Source: Candidatus Hydrothermia bacterium (GTDB lineage: Bacteria > Hydrothermota > Hydrothermia > UBA1063). From it: a DNA stretch of 64,000 nt. Made by a program: the position numbers and the translations under genes. The notes beneath the pieces were generated by a model. That model was not told the DNA's origin and made no database searches. It worked only from the letters and a program-made list of their open reading frames with translations. The first letter of the stretch is position 1; every line of letters starts with the position of its first letter. Shown in pieces: positions 46,763-54,631 of the stretch. The stretch is from assembly GCA_049719805.1 (NCBI GenBank), contig JBNARF010000002.1:342628-406627 (forward strand), written 5' to 3'.

Positions 46763-49245
46763 GATTTTTGATTGTTGACGGTGCTTCTCTTGCTTTTCGT
46801 AGCTATTATGCCTTTGCAGATAAACCTCTTATAAATAGTAAGGGAATAAAAACCAGCGCGCCCTATGCCTTTACCAATTCTTTTCTCAAACTTTTGCGGG
46901 AATTGAAACCAACTCATGTGGCTGTGGTATTTGATGCTAAAGGTAAGACTTTTCGTCACGAAATTTACACGGAGTACAAAGCCCAACGTCCTAAAGCACC
47001 GCCTGATTTCTTGATACAGCTTTCGTACATTAAGGATATTCTCGACGCCTTCAATGTTAAGAGGCTTGAGATACCCGGAGTAGAAGCCGATGACGTAATT
47101 GCAACATTAAGTAAAAAGGCAGAAAAAGACGGTTTTGAAGTTTTTCTTGCCACTCTTGACAAAGATATGTACCAGCTGGTTAGCGAAAAAGTAAAGATTA
47201 TCGATACCAGAGGCGGAGATTTAAAGATAGTCGGAGTTCAGGAAGTTATAGAAAAGTTTGGTGTCGCTCCAGATCAAATTCCTGATCTTCTCTCTCTAAT
47301 TGGCGATAAAATTGATAATATACCTAACGTCCCCGGGATTGGTGAAAAAACCGGTGTGGAACTTATAAGAAAATACGGGAGTGTTTTTAACATACTGGAA
47401 TCCCGGGAAGAGAGTGATTTACTGAGAAGAGTTAAACACTATAGGGATCAAATTCTCAGTACTCTGGAGCTCGTAAAATTGAGGGATGATGTTAGTTTTG
47501 AGATAGATTACGACGAGTTTAAGCTAAAGGAGTTCGACAGGCGAAGACTTTTGAGGATTTTTGGCGAATTAGAGTTTTATTCTCTCATGATGGATCTTGC
47601 AGAAAAGCCCGATGTTGAGGTTATAGATTGTAAAGCGATCCCTCTTGATTTTTTAAACTCGGATACTTTATCTGTGGAGGTGGGTGATAATTACTTTTAT
47701 TTAGCAAAGGATAAAGATCGAGTCTATAAGTTAAATAGGGAAATTGCTCTTTCATTTCTACGAGGGTTTAACGGGCGCCTTATAACTTTCGAATCCAAAA
47801 AACTTTTTAAACTGTTAGAAAACATTAACATTGGTTTTGATGTATTGCTGGCCACATTTTTGGTAAACAGTGACAGGCCTAAATTTGACCCAGAATCCAT
47901 AATCGCTGAGTACACAGGATGTTCCCTTGGCATATCTCAGGAACAAAAACTTGCTCGTTTGTGCGCGTTGAATTTTATCTGCTACCAGGTTCTCCAAAAT
48001 GAATTATCAAAAATGGAACTTGATTCTTTACTTTATAAGATTGAGATACCCTTCCAGAAAGTTCTGGCTCAAATGGAGAAAACCGGAATTAAGATAGATG
48101 TGAATAAATTGCATGATTTGAGTAATAAGTTTCAACGAGAGTTAAAACTAATAGAGGCCAAGATTTATGAGTTAGCCGGGTCCCCATTTAACATTAACTC
48201 TCCTAAACAACTCTCAGAGGTTTTGTTTAACAGGTTAAAGTTAAGACCCGTGAAGAAAACGAAAACAGGATATTCTACGGACGAAGAAACCCTAAGGAAA
48301 CTGGCAGAAGAGCATCCTTTACCTCGTTTAATTCTTGATTACAGGGAGCTTTTCAAAATTAAGTCCACTTACCTGGATTCCTTTCTGGAACTTTTAGATC
48401 CGGCAACTTTAAGAATTTATCCAACCTTCAATCAGGTTGGTGCAGCTACCGGAAGAATATCCTGTTTAAATCCCAATTTTCAAACTTTACCCATAAAATC
48501 AAGTATCGGTCGAGATGTAAGAGATCTGGTGGTCGCTGATGAGGGCTTTAAAATCCTTACTGTGGATTATTCGCAAATAGAACTGAGAATCCTCGCTCAC
48601 TTTTCTGGAGACAGGAGATTGATAGAAATTTTTAGAAACGATCAAGATGTCCATGCCATCACTGCCTCGTATATCTTCAATAAGCCGGTAAATGAGGTGA
48701 CGGAGTTAGAGCGCAGAAAAGCTAAGACCGTAAATTTTGGAATTATTTACGGTATCTCACCCTATGGTTTATCCAAGGAGTTAAATATGGAAGTAGCGGA
48801 GGCTGAAAAACTGATATCCATGTTTTTTGCAACCTATCCGGGCGTTATGGAATGGATTCAGGAAACCTTGAAATTTGCAAAAGAACGTGGGTATGTGAGG
48901 ACTTTACTGGGTAGGGTAAGACATATACCGGGTCTTTTATCGTCTGATTCTATCATCTACGAGCAATCCAAGAGAATTGCCATCAATACACCTATTCAAG
49001 GTACTGCCGCTGATTTGATGAAAATTGCGATGATTAAGATATATGAAGAGCTAAAGAGTAGGGATTTTCAATCGAGAATGCTGTTACAAATTCACGACGA
49101 AATACTTTTTGAAGTTAAAAATGAAGAGGAAGAAGAAGTAATTACCCTCGTTAAAGATGTGATGGAGAATGTGATTTCACTAAAAGTTCCTTTAAAGGTC
49201 TCAATTGGGACGGGTGAAAGCTGGCTTCAGGCTTCAAATAAATAA
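46759..49245 (+). CDS. polA: DNA polymerase I
   Basis: 828 aa. 5' nuclease domain (LIVDGASLAFRSYYA, GIGEKTG). Polymerase motifs A (DYSQIELRILAH), B (RRKAKTVNFGIIYG) and C (QIHDE). Confidence 0.97.
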   Translation: MRFLIVDGASLAFRSYYAFADKPLINSKGIKTSAPYAFTNSFLKLLRELKPTHVAVVFDAKGKTFRHEIYTEYKAQRPKAPPDFLIQLSYIKDILDAFNVKRLEIPGVEADDVIATLSKKAEKDGFEVFLATLDKDMYQLVSEKVKIIDTRGGDLKIVGVQEVIEKFGVAPDQIPDLLSLIGDKIDNIPNVPGIGEKTGVELIRKYGSVFNILESREESDLLRRVKHYRDQILSTLELVKLRDDVSFEIDYDEFKLKEFDRRRLLRIFGELEFYSLMMDLAEKPDVEVIDCKAIPLDFLNSDTLSVEVGDNYFYLAKDKDRVYKLNREIALSFLRGFNGRLITFESKKLFKLLENINIGFDVLLATFLVNSDRPKFDPESIIAEYTGCSLGISQEQKLARLCALNFICYQVLQNELSKMELDSLLYKIEIPFQKVLAQMEKTGIKIDVNKLHDLSNKFQRELKLIEAKIYELAGSPFNINSPKQLSEVLFNRLKLRPVKKTKTGYSTDEETLRKLAEEHPLPRLILDYRELFKIKSTYLDSFLELLDPATLRIYPTFNQVGAATGRISCLNPNFQTLPIKSSIGRDVRDLVVADEGFKILTVDYSQIELRILAHFSGDRRLIEIFRNDQDVHAITASYIFNKPVNEVTELERRKAKTVNFGIIYGISPYGLSKELNMEVAEAEKLISMFFATYPGVMEWIQETLKFAKERGYVRTLLGRVRHIPGLLSSDSIIYEQSKRIAINTPIQGTAADLMKIAMIKIYEELKSRDFQSRMLLQIHDEILFEVKNEEEEEVITLVKDVMENVISLKVPLKVSIGTGESWLQASNK

Positions 49246-49261
49246 AATTTTCAAAGTGGAC

Positions 49262-49290
49262 TTGACTTTGGGTGAGTTTTACCTTAATAA
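49262..49290 (+). promoter_or_regulatory. possible promoter of the FIST-HK-RR-mglA operon
   Basis: TTGACT (49262-49267), 17 nt, TAATAA (49285-49290). Confidence 0.3.
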
Positions 49291-49349
49291 TATTATTATT
49301 GCAAAAGGAGGGTTAGAAAATTTTCCTGAATGATGATTGGTGGAAAAAG

Positions 49350-50630
49350 ATGCAGAGGGAACCAACCACACCAAGGATTGGTGTGGGTAGGGTAGGGCCT
49401 GAAGGAGCTGGTACAGAAAGGCCTATTATCGTAACGGGCATGGCAACAGGTATTTCTCAGGACCCCTCCCCATGGAAGGCAGGTGTCCAGGCCGGGAAAG
49501 GAGCTCTCGATAAACTCGGGAAATTAAAGCCGGATTTCGCTCTTGTTTTTGTCACTGGGAATTACGAGTTAGACCTGGTGGTTAAGGGTGTTTTGCAGTC
49601 TATAGGTAAAGATGTTCCCGTGGTGGGGGTTAAGACCCTGGGTGTTCTTTTTAACGAAAAGCAGGTTATTAATTCAGGTGTGCTCGTTGGCGTCATCAAA
49701 AGCGATACATACAAAATTGTGCATTCCTTTGGCAAGAACGTTCATCAGGGTTTGCACTCTGCTCTCGAATCCGCCTGTATTCCTGTTTTGGAGCAGTTGA
49801 GAGCAAGAAAAGGAGAGGGATATGAATATTTGAATCTATTCCTGATTTTAGACTCATATGTTAATGGAGATATTCTTGTCTCTGAAGTTTCTCGTATAGT
49901 AGATGGGTATGACCCGGGTATATCCTTTTACGGTGGAATTTTAGATTTTGAAGAAATATCAAAAGAATGTGCACTAAATACTGGCACCGAGACTTTAAAT
50001 GGTGGAATTCTTTGTGTTGGATTTTACTCCAAAGTTCCACCTGCTTTAGGGTATGGCCACGGGCTTCATCCATTGGTTCCCAAAAGGGCTACCAAAGTTG
50101 GGGGTAATGTAATCTATCATTTTGATAATAGACCCGCATTTGAGGTCTGGAAGGAGTTCCTTGTTAAGAAAGGCATACCCGAGGCTGATATAATTAAGAA
50201 TCCTGCTCAGTACCTGGGGATGTATCAGTTCGGCGTCCCTGATCCTAATAATCCAAAGTACCCTAAGGTAAGGATAGCAGTGGGTATAACCAGGGAAGGT
50301 GGAATTAAACTGGCGGGAGATGTACCTGAGAATTCAACAGTGTGGTTTATGGAAGCCCGTAAAGAAAGAATGATGGAAGCTGTTAGTCAGGGTATTGATG
50401 ACGCTTTTTCAAAAACAGACCAAAGGAAACCCCTTGGTTCCATTGTATTAGAAAGCTTACACAGGTTTGCTTCTTTGGGAAGCGAGTTTTACAGTGAAGT
50501 TAGTGCTTTTCAGAGAAAGATTGCCTTACCTCTTATAGGTTTTACAACCTTTGGGGAGTTTTTGCGACCACAGCCCGAATATAAATGGTTCCATAATTCT
50601 TCCTTTACGATTCAAATTCTTACGGAGTGA
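49350..50630 (+). CDS. FIST-domain sensory protein
   Basis: PDFALVFVTGNY...PVVGVKTLGV (FIST_N-like) and IGFTTFGEF (FIST_C-like). N-terminal ~30 aa uncertain. Confidence 0.7.
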   Translation: MQREPTTPRIGVGRVGPEGAGTERPIIVTGMATGISQDPSPWKAGVQAGKGALDKLGKLKPDFALVFVTGNYELDLVVKGVLQSIGKDVPVVGVKTLGVLFNEKQVINSGVLVGVIKSDTYKIVHSFGKNVHQGLHSALESACIPVLEQLRARKGEGYEYLNLFLILDSYVNGDILVSEVSRIVDGYDPGISFYGGILDFEEISKECALNTGTETLNGGILCVGFYSKVPPALGYGHGLHPLVPKRATKVGGNVIYHFDNRPAFEVWKEFLVKKGIPEADIIKNPAQYLGMYQFGVPDPNNPKYPKVRIAVGITREGGIKLAGDVPENSTVWFMEARKERMMEAVSQGIDDAFSKTDQRKPLGSIVLESLHRFASLGSEFYSEVSAFQRKIALPLIGFTTFGEFLRPQPEYKWFHNSSFTIQILTE

Positions 50631-50639
50631 TTTTGCTGG

Positions 50640-52022
50640 ATGGATTTAGTAGGAGAGACCGAGTTTAAGAAACTGCTCTCCTTATCAGGAGAGATTTTTA
50701 TTATACTTGATAGAAGGAAAAAGGTGATTACATACGCAAGTCCCAATGTGAGTGAATTAGGATATTCTGTAAATGAAGTCCTGAACGTAAATTTCCTGAA
50801 TTTGGTTGCAGGGCACGTAAAGCCAATTTTGGAGAAACGTTTTAATGAGTCTCCATCAAAGCCAATGTACGGATTAAGATTAATACTGAAGAGCAAGGAA
50901 AATGTCTATATGCCCTATTCCCTTAATTACCTTGTAGACAACGAAAAAATATACCTTGCTCTCCAAAAGGAAAAGGGAATTAATCTCTCGGAAATTGTAA
51001 TAGATTCGCTGGATTTTGGAATTATTTTTACTGATACAGAATTTAAAATTTTGTACCACAATGCTTTTTTATCTAATTATTTTGAAAGGGCATCTTTTTC
51101 CCATCTGGAACAACTTCCTTATGGATTGGGTCAAAAGCTAATCGAGTATTTAAGGCTTGGAACCAAAAATGTTGAAATAGAGTATATACCTGGGCGCCAC
51201 CTGGGAATACAGATAGAACCCCTGGAACTCACTGATGTTTCAGGTTATCTAATAAAATTGAAAGATATTACAAGTCAAAAAATGATTCAAAAATCAATGT
51301 CTGAGCTTGATAGTTATTTTTCGCTGGGTCAACTGGCATCCGGTCTCGCCCACGAAATTAAAAATCCCCTTGCAGGAATGAAATTTATTGCCCTTAGTTT
51401 AAAAAGAGAGTTAAATTCTCCGCCACACATAGAAATGATTGAAAGGTTGATAAAGCAGATAGACAGAATTAATGCTTTAGTGAAAACCTTTTTCAGTCAG
51501 GTGAAAACCAAAGCTGTGGATTTTAAAAAGTGCAATATTAAGGAGACAGTCGAGGAAATTAAGAGCTTTTTAAACAGCGATTTAATTCAAAATGGCATTA
51601 TCTTTGAGTATTTAGAGAATTCGCCCGGGTCGGTTTATGCAGATCGAAATCACTTGTATACTATACTTCTTAATCTTATTCAGAACGCCGTAGACGCATT
51701 AAAAAGTCAAAAGGGGCTTAGAAAAATAGAAGTGCAGGTGAGGCAAAGTGACACAAAGTGCCCGGATTGTGGTCAAAAACTTGTGGAAATCGAGGTTAAA
51801 GATACCGGCCCTGGTATAAAAAAAGAGGACCTGGAAAGGATTTTCTATCCCTTCTTTACAACAAAGGCCGAAGGGGTGGGCCTTGGTTTATTTCTGGTCC
51901 ATAAAATGGTTAAAGAAAACAAAGGTTTTATAAGGGTTTTTTCTGAGGTTGGAAAGGGGACAAGTTTTGTTTTATACTTACATCCTGTTACCCCCGAGGC
52001 TATGGGGTGTGTAAAAAAGTAA
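50640..52022 (+). CDS. cytoplasmic PAS-domain sensor histidine kinase
   Basis: No TM segments. H-box LASGLAHEIKNPLAG, N-box LIQNAVDA, G1 DTGPGI, G2 GVGLGL. Confidence 0.9.
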   Translation: MDLVGETEFKKLLSLSGEIFIILDRRKKVITYASPNVSELGYSVNEVLNVNFLNLVAGHVKPILEKRFNESPSKPMYGLRLILKSKENVYMPYSLNYLVDNEKIYLALQKEKGINLSEIVIDSLDFGIIFTDTEFKILYHNAFLSNYFERASFSHLEQLPYGLGQKLIEYLRLGTKNVEIEYIPGRHLGIQIEPLELTDVSGYLIKLKDITSQKMIQKSMSELDSYFSLGQLASGLAHEIKNPLAGMKFIALSLKRELNSPPHIEMIERLIKQIDRINALVKTFFSQVKTKAVDFKKCNIKETVEEIKSFLNSDLIQNGIIFEYLENSPGSVYADRNHLYTILLNLIQNAVDALKSQKGLRKIEVQVRQSDTKCPDCGQKLVEIEVKDTGPGIKKEDLERIFYPFFTTKAEGVGLGLFLVHKMVKENKGFIRVFSEVGKGTSFVLYLHPVTPEAMGCVKK

Positions 52023-52038
52023 TTAAGGAGGTGTGATT

Positions 52039-53502
52039 ATGCCCATTAGGGTACTTTTAGTAGACGACGAGGAAGATATTCTTTGGGGGCTATCTGAAGA
52101 GCTCAGTAGAAATAAGATTGAAGTTGATACTGCTACTAATGGACTTGAGGCCCTTGAAAAAATTAAGAAAAAACAATACGACTTTCTTGTGACTGATATT
52201 AGAATGCCAGGCCTCAGTGGTTCTGAGCTTCTTATAGAGACAAAGAAAATTCAGCCGGATATTAAGGTTATTGTGATGACTGCATATGGTTCCGACGAAG
52301 TAAAGCAGGATGTGCTCACCAAGGGAGCTATAAGTTATCTTGAAAAGCCCTTTGATTTTGATCAGATTCTCAATGTAATAATGGAGAAACAGGTAGCCGG
52401 GGAAGAAGAGACTCTTCGTAATCTTACGCTACAGCAATTTTTACAGCTGGTTTCCATGGAGGGAAAGTCTTGTGAGATCGTGGTTAACACATCCGAAGGA
52501 GAAGGAAAGATCTTCTTCGAGGAGGGAGAGGTTATAAATGCATCCATCGGGAAACTAAGGGGTGAAGAAGCTTTTTCAAGGATTCTGAAAGAACCTGAAA
52601 GTTCCTTTAAGGTTAAGTGGGGAAGTCCAAAAGTTAAGAGGGAAATTGAAAAACCATTTCATGCATTGCTATTAAGTGCAGCTGTTCAAAAGGACGAAGA
52701 AGTTGCGTTTAAGGAGGAACTGGGTGGCTTTGATCTCGAAAGTCTATCCGAGCTCTTCAAAGATGAGGGTGTACAAGAAGAAGTAGAGGCTGTACCCGCT
52801 GAAGAGGAGTCTACTTTAGAGCCATATACTGCCCCTGTTGAGGAGGAAATTGAAGTCCCCTTAGAAGAAAGTGTTGAAGAGAAGATTGAAGAGAAGATCG
52901 AAGAGGAAAAGGAACAGCCATCCGTCACCCTGGAAGAAGTTGAGAAACTTTTAGAGGGGATTAGTGAAAGAGTTGAGGAAGCTCCTGCTGCGCCTGAACC
53001 AGAATTTAAAGCAGAGGAAGTAATTGAGAAGCCTGCCGAAGAGGAGGTAATAATTAGAGAGGTTAAGCCCTCTGAAAAAGAATTGAAAGCTGTTGAAGAA
53101 ATAAAACCAGCTGCACCTGCTCCATCTCATGTAAAATTGAGTCAAGAGCTTAAAGAAAAGTTTACTGGTGTGGTAAAAGAAATATCTGATATTCTTGCGC
53201 TTCTTGTGGTTGATTCAGATGGTAATATAGTAAGTTCTTCAGAAAGGGTTTCAACAGGTGTTCCACAGGTTATAAAGATATGGGCTCCCGCTTTAAAGAA
53301 CATAGTGCAGAGTGCCGGTAAGACCTCTATTGGATCTATTAAAGATATAACTTTAACATCCGATAAGTATCACCTTTTAATTACCGATGCTAAAAATGGC
53401 TCAATGCTGATAGTTGCAGTGATACCGGTCAAAAGTATGAAAATTGCCCTTGTTAAAATTAAGATTAAGGAGCTAATAACAGAAATTGCGAAAGTCGTTT
53501 AA
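52039..53502 (+). CDS. response regulator: receiver, DUF4388/PATAN-like domain, ~140-aa Glu/Pro-rich linker, Roadblock/LC7-like C-terminal domain
   Basis: Receiver: LLVDDEED, FLVTDIRMPG, VMTAYG, LEKPF. DUF4388-like: LQQFLQLVSMEGKSCEIVV...GKIFFEEGEVINAS...GEEAF. Acidic linker 52693-53130. C-terminus ALLVVDSDGNIV...ITLTSDKYHLLI...MLIVAVI. ATG 52039 lies 7 nt after AAGGAGG. Confidence 0.8.
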   Translation: MPIRVLLVDDEEDILWGLSEELSRNKIEVDTATNGLEALEKIKKKQYDFLVTDIRMPGLSGSELLIETKKIQPDIKVIVMTAYGSDEVKQDVLTKGAISYLEKPFDFDQILNVIMEKQVAGEEETLRNLTLQQFLQLVSMEGKSCEIVVNTSEGEGKIFFEEGEVINASIGKLRGEEAFSRILKEPESSFKVKWGSPKVKREIEKPFHALLLSAAVQKDEEVAFKEELGGFDLESLSELFKDEGVQEEVEAVPAEEESTLEPYTAPVEEEIEVPLEESVEEKIEEKIEEEKEQPSVTLEEVEKLLEGISERVEEAPAAPEPEFKAEEVIEKPAEEEVIIREVKPSEKELKAVEEIKPAAPAPSHVKLSQELKEKFTGVVKEISDILALLVVDSDGNIVSSSERVSTGVPQVIKIWAPALKNIVQSAGKTSIGSIKDITLTSDKYHLLITDAKNGSMLIVAVIPVKSMKIALVKIKIKELITEIAKVV

Positions 53503-53548
53503 AATTTCGCTATAATAGCTTTATACTTTCTCTTGGGGGAGTTATAAG

Positions 53549-54169
53549 GTGCTTATTGATTTCAGAAAACACGAGATAAAGTTTAAAATAGTTTATTATG
53601 GCCCCGGTTTGAGCGGTAAAACTACTAATATAAAGAGAATTTATGAACGTTTCACGGGTAAAAAAGGACAGCTTCTCTCTATCGACACTAAGGGCGAGAG
53701 AACGTTATTTTTTGACCTTCTTCCCTTGCAGCTTTCCATTATAAAAGGTTATAACACTATTTTTAGTCTTTATACTGTCCCTGGTCAGGTATTTTATAAG
53801 CAGGCAAGAAAATTAGTTTTAAGAAATGCAGATGGGGTTATCTTCGTCGCGGATTCTAATCCAGAGAGGCTTGAGGAGAATATCAAAATTTATGAAGAAA
53901 TGCACAACACCCTAATTGAATACGGGATGTGGAGTTCTACAAGAAAGGTCCCCATAATTGTCCAGTATAATAAAAGGGACGATCCAAATGCTCTTCCTGT
54001 ATCATTATTAGAAGAAAAAGTCAACAAATACAAATATCCGTACGTCCTTGCTATAGCAACAGAAGGCAAAGGTGTCTTTCAGACTTTGCAAATTATGATT
54101 AACGAGGTAATTAAAAACTCGCTTAAGCAACAACAACTTCAATTTTTATTACAGCAACAAAAGAAGTAG
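53549..54169 (+). CDS. mglA: MglA-type Ras-like small GTPase
   Basis: KIVYYGPGLSGKTTN, ERTLFFDLLP, YTVPGQVFY (TVPGQ instead of DxxGQ) and QYNKRD. I could align it to Myxococcus MglA from memory over most of its length. GTG start after GGGGGA. Confidence 0.85.
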   Translation: MLIDFRKHEIKFKIVYYGPGLSGKTTNIKRIYERFTGKKGQLLSIDTKGERTLFFDLLPLQLSIIKGYNTIFSLYTVPGQVFYKQARKLVLRNADGVIFVADSNPERLEENIKIYEEMHNTLIEYGMWSSTRKVPIIVQYNKRDDPNALPVSLLEEKVNKYKYPYVLAIATEGKGVFQTLQIMINEVIKNSLKQQQLQFLLQQQKK

Positions 54170-54261
54170 TAAAACTCCTTTTCTGTTTAAACTTTTAAAA
54201 ATCCTAAAAACCTAAATATTGGGAAAGTTGGGCAAATTTAAGTTAAATTATTAAATACAAA

Positions 54262-54630
54262 TCATGGAAGTGCTTCTCTAAATTTGGTAGCAAACTTGCC
54301 CATAGTAATCTTTGTAACACCCCAATTACCTTTCCTGGTTAGAACTACAATATGTACGTAATTGGAATCCGGGATTATCCTGATTATGATAAAATGTTCA
54401 TTCGTTGTGAGAAGTACATCCTCGCAAACGCCTAAATTTGCATTTTCTGTGGCGCTCATGGCTTTTCTCGCAACTTCTGTAAGATATGCAAGAGGTATTG
54501 AAACGTCGATAGATTCGTCAGTGGTGTGTCCAGTAATGGGTATTGCATCATCAAGGTTTACAATCATGGACATGAGGACTTCATCTACGCTACTTAGAAA
54601 CTCTTGCATCACATCATCAATTTTTGCCAT
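54262..54630 (-). CDS. mglB: Roadblock/LC7-domain protein, MglB-like
   Basis: 122 aa with the Roadblock pattern (LMSMIVNLDDAIPI...NLGVCEDVLLTTNEHFIIIRII...VHIVVLT). Starts 1 nt after the pilT stop. Convergent with mglA. Confidence 0.6.
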   Translation of the reverse strand: MAKIDDVMQEFLSSVDEVLMSMIVNLDDAIPITGHTTDESIDVSIPLAYLTEVARKAMSATENANLGVCEDVLLTTNEHFIIIRIIPDSNYVHIVVLTRKGNWGVTKITMGKFATKFREALP

Positions 54631-54631
54631 T

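Noticed and set aside
46038-46986. Minus-strand ORFs 46038-46535, 46250-46435 and 46573-46986, and 45668-46000
   Set aside because: They are antisense to the DOMON, 4-TM, polA and OMP genes. The sense genes have SD sites, signal peptides or TM patterns, and these ORFs have none.
52693-53130. GAA/GAG-rich repetitive DNA, considered as a tandem repeat or CRISPR-like array
   Set aside because: It is in frame inside the response-regulator ORF and encodes a Glu/Pro/Lys/Val-rich linker. The repeats are short and imperfect, with no repeat-spacer periodicity.
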